Origin: Chloroflexota bacterium
Lineage (GTDB): Bacteria > Chloroflexota > Dehalococcoidia > UBA2979
Length of the DNA stretch: 64,000 bases
Assembly: GCA_027593235.1 (NCBI GenBank)
Contig: JAQCIU010000006.1
Location: 59,063 to 123,062 of the forward strand
Direction of reading: 5' to 3'
Below are positions 1-10,169 of this stretch, one piece after another (position 1 is the first letter of the stretch; the number at the start of each line of letters is the position of its first letter). The notes below the pieces were generated by a model. The model searched no databases, had not been told where the DNA came from, and was given only the letters and a program-made list of their open reading frames with translations. A program made the translations under genes and the position numbers.

Positions 1-1047
1 TTGGTAGAGCTGCGACCCGCCACACGCCCCGAGCAGCAACGTACCGAGGATCGCCGTCGCCCCGAGGTGCCGGCGCGTCAGCACCCGCGATCGCCGGCCC
101 GCCGCCTCGCCGACGACCATCGGCAACAGCAACAACAGCACGGCGGGCACCAGGAACCACTGGAAGCGCTCGATCGGCTGCTGCCCCGTGTCGTCCCCAA
201 ACTCGCTCTGTCGGAGCCGCTGAACCTCGATCGCCAGCCCCGCGATCGCGTTCAGCTCCCGGAAATCGCCGCCCGTCGCCGTCGCGATCGCGCGTAACGT
301 CTCGCGGTCCGCGCGGCTGATCGCCAGCGTTGCCGCGTCACCGGGAATCGCCGCCCCGGCGTCTGTGCCTACGGCCACCGTGAACACCGGGATGCCGTCG
401 TTCGCCGCGCGTGCTGCTGCCGCCAACGCCGCCTCACCGAGGTCCTCGCCATCCGAGATGACGATGATCACCTGGCTCTCCGCCGCGTCCGGTACCGCCA
501 GCACCGCGCGCGCCTCGTCGATCGCCGCGCCCAGATCGGTGCCCGCTGGCACCAGCTCCGCATCCCGCTGCGCCTGGTTCACGAGCTGCCCGAGCACCTC
601 GAGGTCCAACGTCAGCGGCGACCGCGCGAAGGCCCGCCCGGAGAAGATCACGAGGCCGACACGATCGCTGCGCAGATGCGTCAGGAACTCCCCGACGCCC
701 TCCGCCGCCGCGACCGATCGCGAGGGCAGCACGTCGCTCGTCGTCATCGACCGCGACACATCGAGGGCGATCGCGATGTCCACGCCCCGCCGTTCAGCGG
801 GCGCATCCTCGGAGCCCCATTGCGGCCGCGCGATCGCCAGCACGAACAACACGACCGCAGCCACCAGCGACCACGTCCGCAAGCGTTGCAGCCGCCTCCG
901 CCGGCCCAGCCGCAGCTCAGGTGCTCCGCCGTAGCGAGAATCCGCCCGCGCGCGGCGCCGCGCTTCCAGCCGCAAGAGCGCCCACCACGGCACCAGCACC
1001 AGGATCAACGCCAGCGACCACGGCTCACCGAACGAGAGGCCGAGCAT
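1..1047 (-). CDS. VWA-domain membrane protein (BatB-like), 3' end runs off the window
   Basis: Hand translation from ATG at 1047 (TGATG overlap with upstream stop): MLGLSFGEPWSL...ARPQWG...DIAIALDVSRSM (MIDAS DxSxS)...DRVGLVIFSG...GTDLG...ISDGED; not in the ORF track because it is truncated. Confidence 0.88.
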   Translation of the reverse strand, partial: MLGLSFGEPWSLALILVLVPWWALLRLEARRRARADSRYGGAPELRLGRRRRLQRLRTWSLVAAVVLFVLAIARPQWGSEDAPAERRGVDIAIALDVSRSMTTSDVLPSRSVAAAEGVGEFLTHLRSDRVGLVIFSGRAFARSPLTLDLEVLGQLVNQAQRDAELVPAGTDLGAAIDEARAVLAVPDAAESQVIIVISDGEDLGEAALAAAARAANDGIPVFTVAVGTDAGAAIPGDAATLAISRADRETLRAIATATGGDFRELNAIAGLAIEVQRLRQSEFGDDTGQQPIERFQWFLVPAVLLLLLPMVVGEAAGRRSRVLTRRHLGATAILGTLLLGACGGSQLYQ

Positions 1048-1997
1048 CACGGGTACCGCCGCAGCCACGTCGCGCGCAGCGCGCTCTCACTCAGCAACAG
1101 CAGCAGCGCACCGGCCAGGAACCACGGCGCGTACTCGCGGAACGCCACGAACCGCCGCTCCCCCAGCCGCGAGCGTTCCAGCTCGCCGATATCCGCGTAC
1201 GCCCGTGCCAGCTCTTCGCGGTCGCGCGCGTTGTAGTACTCCGCGTCCGTGCTCCGCGCGATCGCCCGCAGCGACACCTCGTTAATCGGGATCTGCCCGC
1301 CAATCGCGCCGCTGAGGAAGCCAATCGTGTAGACGCGCACGTCCAGCGCCGTCGCAAGCTGCGCCGCGACCTCCGGCGTGATCGCGCCCGCGTTGTTCTG
1401 CCCGTCCGTCAGCAGCACCACCACGCGGCTCCGCGCCGGCGAATCCTCCACCAGCGTCAGCGCTTCGCTGATCCCGAGGCCAATCGCCGTCCCGTCATCG
1501 ATCAACCCCGGCGCGATCGCGCGCACCTGCCGCTGGATCGCCGTCGTGTCGTGCGTCAACGGCGACAGCGTCAACGCGCGCGTTTGGAAGATCACCAGCC
1601 CGACGCGGTCACCCTCCAGCGTCTCCACGAATGAGGCCACCACCTCCTGTGCCTCCGACAGCCGCGTTGCGCCCCGCTCGCTGCGCGTCAGCGTCAGCAT
1701 CGAGCTCGACACATCGAGGGCGATCACGATGTCGACGCCCTCGGACGGAACCTGCGTCACCGCGAGACCCTGGCGCGGCCGCGCCAACGCGATCACCGCG
1801 AACGCGATCGCCGCCCAGCGCAACGCCGAGGGCAACCAGCGCAGCCGCAGCCGCCAGCTCGGCCGTGCCGCCGCGCGAATCGCCTCCAGCGAGCCGATCG
1901 CCAGATCTGCCGGTCGGCGTGGCCGCACGATCTGCATCAACGCCAGCACGCCAACCAGCGGCAGCAGCCAGAGCAGCAGCGGCGTCGCGAACGTCAC
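1047..1997 (-). CDS. VWA-domain protein (BatA-like)
   Basis: N-terminal F..P.LLWLL, LARP, MIDAS DVSSSM, GTAIG, LLTDGQNNAG, C-terminal TM helix. Confidence 0.92.
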   Translation of the reverse strand: MTFATPLLLWLLPLVGVLALMQIVRPRRPADLAIGSLEAIRAAARPSWRLRLRWLPSALRWAAIAFAVIALARPRQGLAVTQVPSEGVDIVIALDVSSSMLTLTRSERGATRLSEAQEVVASFVETLEGDRVGLVIFQTRALTLSPLTHDTTAIQRQVRAIAPGLIDDGTAIGLGISEALTLVEDSPARSRVVVLLTDGQNNAGAITPEVAAQLATALDVRVYTIGFLSGAIGGQIPINEVSLRAIARSTDAEYYNARDREELARAYADIGELERSRLGERRFVAFREYAPWFLAGALLLLLSESALRATWLRRYP

Positions 1998-3007
1998 GCG
2001 CTCACCGCCTGTCGCAACTCACCGCGGCGTGGCCGCGACAGCTCCACGATCTCGTAGGCCACGGTCAGGTCGTGGTCCGCCGAGGCAGGATCCGGCTGGG
2101 CACGCGCGTAAACCGCGGCGTCGCACCGCTCCAGCAGCCCGGCGACCAGCCGCGCCTGCCAGCGTCCCACCCCCGCGCCCGCGAACCGCTCGCGCAGCTC
2201 CCCCGTGGTCAGCGCCGTCGCGTTGAAGCCGTGCCGCTCCGCTAGGTAGGCGCGCGTCGCGATCGACAGTTCGCCGTAGAAATGGCGGTAGGCGGCGCGG
2301 TCGACCAGCGCCACGCCCCGCAACGCATCGAGGCGTGCGCGGGCACGGTCCTCGGGCGATCGGACATCCTCGATCGGCACCGCCGGCTGCGCGATCGGAC
2401 GGCGCCGGCGTTGCCAGGCCAGCGCCGCCGCGGCGGCTAGGGCGACACCGCCGAGGCCCAGCGGCACCTCGCTGCGTTGCCACCACGCCGGCGGCGTCCC
2501 GGCGCTCGCCTGTGGCTTCAGCGGACGTAGTTCCTCGTCACCGGCCGCGCGCACCGGCACGATCCGCAGGATCGGCGGGGGGCCCACCCCCCCCCCCCCG
2601 CTCGTGCCGTCCGAGGCCAACCACGACACCCGGATGTCCCCGGGGTGCAGATCCCCGAGGCTATACGCCGCGATCGTGAACTCGAAGGTGGTCGTGGCCA
2701 TCCCCGGCGTGCCCGTGCTCGGATCGTCGAACACCAGCTCCTCGGGCCGCGCTTCGAGCAGGTCGATGTTCTCGACACGCACCGGCTGATCGCTGCTGAC
2801 CAGCAGGTCCTGGCTATGCCGCACCGTCACGACGAGTTGCACCCGCTCACCAAGCGTCGCCGCACGCGGCCGCAACGAAGCGCTCACCTCGAACGCCGGT
2901 GTCGCCTCCTGCGCCGCCACGTGCGGACGGTCGAGGGCCGTCGCGAACGACACCCCGATCACCGCCAGCACCACGGCGACCACGACAAGGACCGCGGGGC
3001 GCCTCAC
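1994..3007 (-). CDS. Bat-operon accessory exported/membrane protein (BatD-like)
   Basis: Signal-like N-terminus, Ig-like region, central TM helix, C-terminal 'YLAERHGFNATALTTGEL'; overlaps flanking operon genes. Confidence 0.75.
   Translation of the reverse strand: MRRPAVLVVVAVVLAVIGVSFATALDRPHVAAQEATPAFEVSASLRPRAATLGERVQLVVTVRHSQDLLVSSDQPVRVENIDLLEARPEELVFDDPSTGTPGMATTTFEFTIAAYSLGDLHPGDIRVSWLASDGTSGGGGVGPPPILRIVPVRAAGDEELRPLKPQASAGTPPAWWQRSEVPLGLGGVALAAAAALAWQRRRRPIAQPAVPIEDVRSPEDRARARLDALRGVALVDRAAYRHFYGELSIATRAYLAERHGFNATALTTGELRERFAGAGVGRWQARLVAGLLERCDAAVYARAQPDPASADHDLTVAYEIVELSRPRRGELRQAVSA
2587..2599. repeat. C13 homopolymer (G13 on the coding strand)
   Basis: Direct read ...ggcccaCCCCCCCCCCCCCg...; encodes GGGGV. 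Confidence 0.9.
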
Positions 3008-3945
3008 CGACGCATCGCCCGCGTGCGGAAGAAGCGCGCGATCGGCGCCACCAGGTCGCCATCGAGGTGGATCTCCACCTCGTCCACCCCGGCCGCCGCC
3101 AGCGTTCGCCGTCGCTCGGCCGCCCGCTCCGCCGCCACCTGCGCATACCGCGCGCGCAGCGCCCCGCTCGAGGTGTCCACGAGCTGCCCCGGCTCACCCT
3201 CGGCACCGGCGAATCGCACGATCCCCAGGTCGGGCAACGCGAGGTCCGTCGGGTCGACAAGCACCAGCGCGATCACGTCGTGCCGCCGGCCAAGCGTGCG
3301 CAGCGAGTCGACATAACCCGTATCGAAGAAGTCCGAGATCAAGAACACCACGGACCGCCGTCGCAACGCGCGCGACAGGTAGTCGCACGCCGCTGCGATC
3401 CGCGTACCGGAAGTCGGCTTCGGGTGCCTCAGCACATCCCGCACGAGCCGTAGCACGTGATTCACGCCGCGCTTGGGCGGAACGAACCGCTCCACCTCAC
3501 CGGCGAACGTGAGCAGACCGACCCGATCGTGATGTTGCGCCGCCGTGAAACCCAGCAGCGCAGTCAGCTCCGCGGCCGCGCCGAGCCGCCCATCCGTGCG
3601 GTGCGCGACGAGCTGCGAGTCGGAGATGTCCACCGCGCAGATCACCGACAGCTCGCGCTCCTCGACGTACTCCTTCACCCACGGCACGCCCATCCGCGCG
3701 GTGACGTTCCAGTCGATGAAACGCACGTCGTCGCCGGGCACGTACTCGCGCGCCTCCGCGAACTCGATGCCGGTGCCACGAAACACGGAGCGGTAGTCGC
3801 CGCCCAGCACCGCGCTCGCCAGCCGTCGTGTACGAATTTCGATCCGTCGGATCCGCTCGCGGTCGGCGATCGTCAGCCCGCCGCCCTGGTCAGTCGGACC
3901 GCGTTCCGGCTCGGCCGGGTCGGCACGACGTCGCCAGCGCAGCAC
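3004..3945 (-). CDS. DUF58 domain protein
   Basis: 'GDYRSVFRGTGIEFAEAREYVPGDDVRFIDWNVTAR', 'VFLISDF'; follows MoxR. Confidence 0.95.
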   Translation of the reverse strand: MLRWRRRADPAEPERGPTDQGGGLTIADRERIRRIEIRTRRLASAVLGGDYRSVFRGTGIEFAEAREYVPGDDVRFIDWNVTARMGVPWVKEYVEERELSVICAVDISDSQLVAHRTDGRLGAAAELTALLGFTAAQHHDRVGLLTFAGEVERFVPPKRGVNHVLRLVRDVLRHPKPTSGTRIAAACDYLSRALRRRSVVFLISDFFDTGYVDSLRTLGRRHDVIALVLVDPTDLALPDLGIVRFAGAEGEPGQLVDTSSGALRARYAQVAAERAAERRRTLAAAGVDEVEIHLDGDLVAPIARFFRTRAMRR

Positions 3946-4934
3946 TACGGGATCCCAACGCCCTCAAGCAGGCGCGCCACCACGTCCTCGGGAGACACGC
4001 TCTGTGCCTCGGCCTCGTAGGTCAGCACCACGCGATGCCGCAACACGTCCGGTGCCAGCGCCTTCACGTCGTCCGGTGTCGCGTAGTCACGGCCCTGGAC
4101 GAAGGCATATGCCTGCGCGCCACGCGCCAGGAACGTCGCGGCGCGGGGAGACGCGCCGTAATCGATCAGCGGCGTCAGGTCGTTCAACCGGTAGCGCGCC
4201 GGCTCTCGAGTCGCATCGATCAGCCGCAGGATGTACTCGCGCAGCGGCTCGTTCACCTCCACGGCCCGCACCGCAGGCCGCAGCGCCGCGATCTCCGCCG
4301 CCCCGGCCACTGCCTCCAGCGCCTCCGGTTCGGCATCGAGGGCCTGCTTCAGGATCGTGCGCTCGTCCTCGCGCCCCGGGTAGCCGACCAGGATTTTCAG
4401 CATGAAGCGGTCGAGCTGCGCTTCCGGCAGGGGGTAGGTCCCCTCCTGTTCAATCGGGTTCTGCGTCGCCAGCACCAGGAACGGATCCGGCAGCTTCAGC
4501 GTCTCTCCGCCGATCGAGACCTGCCGCTCCTGCATCGCCTCCAGCAGCGCCGATTGCACCTTCGCCGGCGCGCGGTTGATCTCGTCCGCCAGCACGATGT
4601 TCGCGAAGATCGGGCCGCGCCGTACCGCGAACTCGCCCTCCCGAGGGTTGAAGATCAGCGTCCCGGTGATGTCCGCCGGCAACAGGTCCGGCGTGAACTG
4701 CACCCGCGAGAAGCTCGCGTGCAGCACCTCAGCCAGGCTCTGCACCGTCAGCGTCTTCGCCAGCCCGGGCACGCCCTCGATCAGCGCGTGATTGTTGGTG
4801 AACAACGCCACCAGCAGGCGATCGATCAGCTCATGCTGACCAACGATCACCCGTCCAATGCCGCCACGAATCGCCGAAACCACCTCGTGCAGGTGTTCGG
4901 GGGGCGTGAGCCGCTCTGCCGCCGGTTGCGCCAT
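3945..4934 (-). CDS. moxR: MoxR family AAA+ ATPase
   Basis: GVPGLAKT, RVQFTPDLLPAD, LADEINRAPAKVQSALLEAM, ATQNPIEQEGTYPLPEAQLDRF. Confidence 0.96.
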   Translation of the reverse strand: MAQPAAERLTPPEHLHEVVSAIRGGIGRVIVGQHELIDRLLVALFTNNHALIEGVPGLAKTLTVQSLAEVLHASFSRVQFTPDLLPADITGTLIFNPREGEFAVRRGPIFANIVLADEINRAPAKVQSALLEAMQERQVSIGGETLKLPDPFLVLATQNPIEQEGTYPLPEAQLDRFMLKILVGYPGREDERTILKQALDAEPEALEAVAGAAEIAALRPAVRAVEVNEPLREYILRLIDATREPARYRLNDLTPLIDYGASPRAATFLARGAQAYAFVQGRDYATPDDVKALAPDVLRHRVVLTYEAEAQSVSPEDVVARLLEGVGIP

Positions 4935-5009
4935 GTTCAGTCCACTGTCGATCGGAGGTGGGACGAACAGTCTACTGGTTGCGGCAGACCTTGAGGTGCA
5001 AGCGGGCGG

Positions 5010-8000
5010 CTACCCGCCGACGGCCGCGAACTCCCGCGCACCGCGCTCAACGCGCCCGATCTCCTCGACGCCACCGAGGACCCCGAGCAGCGCTCGCACC
5101 TCCGACACCATCCGCTCGGTCACGGATGCGTCCACCGCTCCGCGGCCCAGCCGCACGGCGCCGCCGTCGCGGCGGCGGATCAGCAGTTCCACCGGCAGCT
5201 CGCCCACGTGCCGATCGAGGAGCGCGCAGATCTTGCGCAACCGGCGGCGATCCGCCGCCTCGTCCGTCGTCTCCTCAAGTGAGATTCGCAGCCGGCGTGG
5301 CCCGTCATCGGAGGGGACGGACTCGTACACGGCGGGCTCCTCGGCTGCCTGGACGGGGCGCAAATACTGGCGCGAACCGCCATTCGGCGGCGGCCCACCC
5401 TGCGGCGGTCCGCTCGGTCGCGCCGCGTAGCCACCCGGTGCGCCCGGTGCGCCGGCCGCTTCCGGAGCCCGCGCGCGGCTCCCGTTGATCCGGAAGCGCG
5501 CCGGGTTCGAGTTGATGAGTTGCTTGGTATCAAGGTCGAACGCGGCCAGCTCCTGAGCAGCGACGGTCAGACGCCCGTTCCGCGAACGCACGTCAACCTT
5601 CGCCACCAGCACCGTCGCCTCGCGCAGCAGGTCGCGCACTTCTTCGTAGCTGTCGGGCCAGATCGTCAGCTCCACCTGGCCGCTGAGATCCTCGAGGGTG
5701 AGTGCCGCGAAGGCCTTCCCCTGGCGCGTCGTCAGCGGGCGGACGTTGACCACCGTGCCGGCGACCACCGCCTTCTGCCCCGCCATCTCCTCGCTGAAGT
5801 CGATCGCCTGCGCCGTCACCATCTCCGACAGCGACCCGGCCGCGCGCTGGAATGGGTGCTCGGAGACGTACGTCCCCAGCAACTCCTTCTCCCACGCGAG
5901 CAGTTGCGGCGTCGGCACCTCCATCGGCTCGATCTCCAGCGCCGGCAGTGGCGTATCCACCTCGTCGCCGAACAGGTCGAACATCGAGGTCTGACCGGTT
6001 TCGCGCAGCCGCTGCTGCTCCTGTGCCACCGTGAGCAGGCGCTCCACGCCACCGATCACCGTGCCGCGCGGGCCGAGCACATCCAGTGCCCCGGCCTTCG
6101 CCAGCGAGTCGAGCACGCGCTTGTTCACCTCGCGTGGGTTCACCCGCTTCGCGAAGTCCTCCAGCGTGGTGAACGGCCCGTTTTCTTCGCGGTTCGCGAT
6201 CAGCGTGTCGATCCCGCCCTCGCCGACGTTCTTGATCTGCGCCAGTCCGAAGCGGATCGCCGAACCGCCATCCGCGGTGCGCTCGATGCTGAAATTCGAC
6301 AGCGAGCGGTTCACGTCCGGCTGCAGCACCCCGATGCCGAGCCGGCTGCATTCGGCAATCCCCGCTGCCAGCCGATCCTGCGTCCCGCCCGCGGCCATCA
6401 GCACCGCCGCCATGTATTCAACCGGGTAGTGCGCCTTCAAGTAGGCGGTCTGGTAGGCAATCGTCGCGTACGAGAACGCGTGCGCCTTGTTGAAGGCGTA
6501 TCCCGCGAACGGCTCGATCAGGTCGAACAGCGTCTCCGCCAGCTGGCGGTCGTAGCCCTTTGCCACCCCGCCGGCGACGAAGTTCTCACGCTCCTCCACC
6601 ATCACCGAGGCAATCTTCTTGCCCATCGCCTTCCGCATCACGTCGGCCTGGCCGAGCGTGTACCCGGCGAACACGCGCGCGATCTGCAGCACCTGGTCCT
6701 GGTACGTGATGACGCCGTACGTCTCGTCCAGCAGCTCCGCGAGGTCCTGGTGCGGGTACACCGGCGCGGCGCGACCGTGCTTCACGTCGATGTAGCGCGG
6801 GATGTGCTCCATCGGGCCCGGCCGGAACAACGCGACCATCGCCGCCAGCTCGGAGATGTTCGCCGGCTTCAGCTCCGCCACGTAGCGGCGCATGCCAGAC
6901 GATTCCATCTGGAACACGCCGAAGGTCTCGGCGCGCGACAGCAGTTCGGCGGTCGCCTCGTCGCCGTCGGGCAGCGCCATCAGGTCCAGCGCTTCGCCCT
7001 GTTGCTCCTCGATCAGCTTCACCGCACGACCAAGGATCGTGAGGTTCGTCAGCCCCAGGTAGTCGACCTTCAGCAGGCCGATCTTCTCGACGTCTGCCAT
7101 CGCGTACTGGGTCGTCGGCAGCGCGTCTTCGTCCTTGGACCCGGTCGCGCGCTGCAGCGGCACCACATCCATCAATGGCTCGCGCGAGATCACGATCCCC
7201 GCTGCGTGCGTCGACGCGTGCCGCGTCACACCCTCAAGGCTGCGCGCGGTATCGATCAGCTCGCGCGCCCGCACCTCGGTCTCGTAGACCTCGCCCAGCT
7301 CGCGCGACTGCTCCAGCGACTCATCGAGGGTGATGTGCAGCTGATCCGGGATCATCCGCGCGATGCGGTCGGTCTCGTCGAACGAGAACCCGAGGGCGCG
7401 CCCACTGTCGCGCACCGCCGCCTTCGGACCCAGCGTCCCGAACGTACAGATCTGCGCCACACGGTCGCGCCCGTAGCGCTCGGCGGTGTAGCGAATCACC
7501 TCTTCGCGGCGGTCATCCGCGAAGTCGAAGTCCACATCCGGCATCGACAGGCGCTCGGGGTTCAGGAAGCGCTCGAAGACGAGCCCGTACTGGAGCGGCT
7601 CAATGTCGGTGACGTCGGTCGTGTAGAGCACGATCGAGGCCGCGGCCGAACCGCGGACACCCATCGGAATCTCGCGCTCGTGCGCGAACCGCGCGAGGTC
7701 GCGGACGATCAGCATGTACTCGCCGAAGCCGGTCTGCTCGATCACGCTCAGCTCGTAGCGGAGTCGCTCGCGGTGCTCCTCGGTCGGATTGCCGTAGCGC
7801 CGCTCCAGGCCCTCTTCGCACAGCTCGCGCAGGTGCTCCATCGCCGTCATGCCCTCGGGCACACCGGCGTCTGGGAGCTGTGTGCGGCCGAACTCGAGCT
7901 TGAGGTCGACCTGTTCCGCGATCACGAGGGTGTTCGCAAAAGCCTCGGGCAGCTCCGGAATCAACCCGCGCATCTCGTCGGGCGACTTCAGATAGAACTC

Positions 8001-8711
8001 GTGATTTGGCAGCTTGAAGCGCTTCTCGTCCGTGATCGTCGCGTTCGTGCCGATGCAGAGCAGCACCTCGTGCGGCTGCGCGTGAGACGCCTCCACGTAG
8101 TGCGAGTCGTGCGTCAGGACGAGCGGGAGCTCCATGCGCTTCGCGATCGAAGCGATCTGCGGCGTCAGCGCGCTGAACTCCTCGATCCCGTGTTCCATGA
8201 TCTCGAGGTAGTAGCGGCCCGGGAACACGTCGCGGTACCAGCCCGCCACATCCATCGCGCCGGCCTCGTCGCCGTCGCGGATCGCCTTCAGGAACTCCCC
8301 GGACGGGCAGCCCGAGAGCACGATCAGGCCCTCCGAGTGCTCTTCCAGCAGCTCACGGTCCATCCGCGGCCGGCGATAGAAGCCCTCGAGGTGGGACTTG
8401 CTGGAGATCTTCAGCAGGTTCTTGTAGCCGGTCTCGTTCTGCGCCAGCAGCGTCAGGTGGTTGGGCCACTCACCGGACTTCTTCTCGTGCCGGCTGCCCG
8501 GCGCGACGTACCCCTCGAGGCCGATGATCGGCTTGATCCCGGCCTTCGTCGCTGAGTCGTACAGCTCCAACGCGCCGTACATCGCCCCGTGATCGGTCAC
8601 CGCCAGCGCCGGCATTCCAAAGCTCGCAGCACGCGCCACGAGATCCGGAATCTTCGACATCCCGTCCAGGAGCGAATACTCGGTGTGCGTATGAAGGTGG
8701 GCGAACGACAT
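5010..8711 (-). CDS. dnaE: DNA polymerase III alpha subunit
   Basis: PHP motifs HLHTHTEYSLLDG, TDHG; catalytic PDVDFD; YAFNKAH; OB fold; start set at MSFAHLH (8711). Confidence 0.97.
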   Translation of the reverse strand: MSFAHLHTHTEYSLLDGMSKIPDLVARAASFGMPALAVTDHGAMYGALELYDSATKAGIKPIIGLEGYVAPGSRHEKKSGEWPNHLTLLAQNETGYKNLLKISSKSHLEGFYRRPRMDRELLEEHSEGLIVLSGCPSGEFLKAIRDGDEAGAMDVAGWYRDVFPGRYYLEIMEHGIEEFSALTPQIASIAKRMELPLVLTHDSHYVEASHAQPHEVLLCIGTNATITDEKRFKLPNHEFYLKSPDEMRGLIPELPEAFANTLVIAEQVDLKLEFGRTQLPDAGVPEGMTAMEHLRELCEEGLERRYGNPTEEHRERLRYELSVIEQTGFGEYMLIVRDLARFAHEREIPMGVRGSAAASIVLYTTDVTDIEPLQYGLVFERFLNPERLSMPDVDFDFADDRREEVIRYTAERYGRDRVAQICTFGTLGPKAAVRDSGRALGFSFDETDRIARMIPDQLHITLDESLEQSRELGEVYETEVRARELIDTARSLEGVTRHASTHAAGIVISREPLMDVVPLQRATGSKDEDALPTTQYAMADVEKIGLLKVDYLGLTNLTILGRAVKLIEEQQGEALDLMALPDGDEATAELLSRAETFGVFQMESSGMRRYVAELKPANISELAAMVALFRPGPMEHIPRYIDVKHGRAAPVYPHQDLAELLDETYGVITYQDQVLQIARVFAGYTLGQADVMRKAMGKKIASVMVEERENFVAGGVAKGYDRQLAETLFDLIEPFAGYAFNKAHAFSYATIAYQTAYLKAHYPVEYMAAVLMAAGGTQDRLAAGIAECSRLGIGVLQPDVNRSLSNFSIERTADGGSAIRFGLAQIKNVGEGGIDTLIANREENGPFTTLEDFAKRVNPREVNKRVLDSLAKAGALDVLGPRGTVIGGVERLLTVAQEQQRLRETGQTSMFDLFGDEVDTPLPALEIEPMEVPTPQLLAWEKELLGTYVSEHPFQRAAGSLSEMVTAQAIDFSEEMAGQKAVVAGTVVNVRPLTTRQGKAFAALTLEDLSGQVELTIWPDSYEEVRDLLREATVLVAKVDVRSRNGRLTVAAQELAAFDLDTKQLINSNPARFRINGSRARAPEAAGAPGAPGGYAARPSGPPQGGPPPNGGSRQYLRPVQAAEEPAVYESVPSDDGPRRLRISLEETTDEAADRRRLRKICALLDRHVGELPVELLIRRRDGGAVRLGRGAVDASVTERMVSEVRALLGVLGGVEEIGRVERGAREFAAVGG

Positions 8712-8797
8712 CGGGTCCCAGGCCTGCGCCGGCGGCGCGTTCGACGAATAGGGGCCTGTCAGCGGCACTATTCTGCTGATCGGTGTAGGCGACTACG

Positions 8798-8878
8798 CGA
8801 ACGTCTGTGCGAAGTCACCGGACCCCGGACTCTACTCTCCTGCCTTGCCCCCTCGCAAGGCATCAGAACGTGCGTGCG
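8798..8878 (-). promoter_or_regulatory. dnaE promoter (TTGCGA-18-TAGAGT) flanked by two imperfect LexA-like boxes
   Basis: -35 at 8853-8858, -10 at 8829-8834; CGAAC-GTCT-GTGCG at 8798-8811 and AGAAC-GTGC-GTGCG at 8865-8878. Confidence 0.5.
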
Positions 8879-8936
8879 CACGAGAGACCGGAAAGCGGAG
8901 CCGGCGACCTGCCGCACCTGCTCCCGGCCGGGTCAA

Positions 8937-10157
8937 TCAGTCCTCGCGGTCCAGTTCGAACGCGTCATGCAGCGAACGTACCGCGTCGCCAACCCGTGCG
9001 GAGGCGATCACGCAGGTAATACGGATATCGCTCGTCGAAATCATATCCACGTTGATGTTCTCGTCGAACAGCGTGCGGAACATCCGTGCCGCGAAGCCCG
9101 GCGCCGAGGCCATCCCGGTCCCGACAATCGAGACCGTGCCCAGGTCCGGCTCCGCAACCACCTCGGCGGCGCCCAGTTCGGCCTGCACGGACCCAACGAC
9201 CCGCAGCGCGTCCTGCAGGTCCCCTGGCGCCACCGTGAACGTCATGTCCGTCAGCTTCTCAACGCTCGCGTTCTGCACGATCGTGTCGACCGAAACGCCG
9301 GCTTCCGCCAGCGGCTCGAACAGGTTCGCCGCGATCCCGGGTCGGTCCGGCACGCCGCGCACCGTCACCTTCGCGATGTGGTCCTGGTGAGCGATCCCGC
9401 GGACTTTGTTGCCCTGTTCCATCGTCATCTCTCCATGGATCAGCGTACCGGGGGCATCATCGTCGAAACTGCTCGCCACGCGGATCGCGACGCCGTATAG
9501 CTCGCCAATCTCTACCGCGCGCGCGTGCATCACCCGCGCGCCGGTCGTCGCCAGCTCCAACATCTCCTCGTAGCCGATGTCCCGCAGCGGCCGCGCCTTC
9601 GGGCAGATCCGAGGATCAGCCGTATACACGCCCGCCACGTCTGTGAAGATCTCGCAGCGATCGGCATTCAACGCCGCCGCCAGCGCGACAGCCGTCGTGT
9701 CCGACCCGCCTCGACCGAAGGTCGTCACGTCGAAGTCCTCGGTGATGCCCTGGAAACCGGCGACGATCACGACCCGCCCGGCCTGTAGCTCGCGCTCCAT
9801 CCGCTCGGTCTGAATCTCGGAGATGCGCGCCCGCCCGAACACCGCCGTCGTGCGGATCCCCGCCTGCGCGCCGGTCAGACTGACCGCGTCGACGCCGATC
9901 TCGTGCAACGCCATCGACAGCAGCGTGCTCGTCACCATTTCGCCGGTGGAGAGCAGCACGTCCAGCTCCCGCGCCGGCGGTTGGCCGGTGATCTCGGCCG
10001 CCAGCGACAGCAGCTCGTCGGTGCGGTCGCCCATCGCGGAGACCACCGCCACCACCTCGTCGCCTTGCGCGCGGCGCGTCTCCAGTCGGCGCGCGACGCG
10101 CTTGATGTGCTCCGCGGTGGCCACCGAGGACCCACCGTACTTCTGTACGACACGCAT
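8937..10157 (-). CDS. lysC: Aspartate kinase (alpha/beta type, two ACT domains)
   Basis: [38 protein letters not shown]. Confidence 0.96.
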   Translation of the reverse strand: MRVVQKYGGSSVATAEHIKRVARRLETRRAQGDEVVAVVSAMGDRTDELLSLAAEITGQPPARELDVLLSTGEMVTSTLLSMALHEIGVDAVSLTGAQAGIRTTAVFGRARISEIQTERMERELQAGRVVIVAGFQGITEDFDVTTFGRGGSDTTAVALAAALNADRCEIFTDVAGVYTADPRICPKARPLRDIGYEEMLELATTGARVMHARAVEIGELYGVAIRVASSFDDDAPGTLIHGEMTMEQGNKVRGIAHQDHIAKVTVRGVPDRPGIAANLFEPLAEAGVSVDTIVQNASVEKLTDMTFTVAPGDLQDALRVVGSVQAELGAAEVVAEPDLGTVSIVGTGMASAPGFAARMFRTLFDENINVDMISTSDIRITCVIASARVGDAVRSLHDAFELDRED

Positions 10158-10169
10158 CGCGGTGCCCGC

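Noticed and set aside
5520-8555. 1011-aa plus-strand ORF (likewise 44463-47492 and 34503-36818)
   Set aside because: Antisense shadows of dnaE, rpoC and the radical SAM gene
5010-8711. Intein in dnaE
   Set aside because: Length and motif spacing are normal; no splice-junction or LAGLIDADG motifs seen
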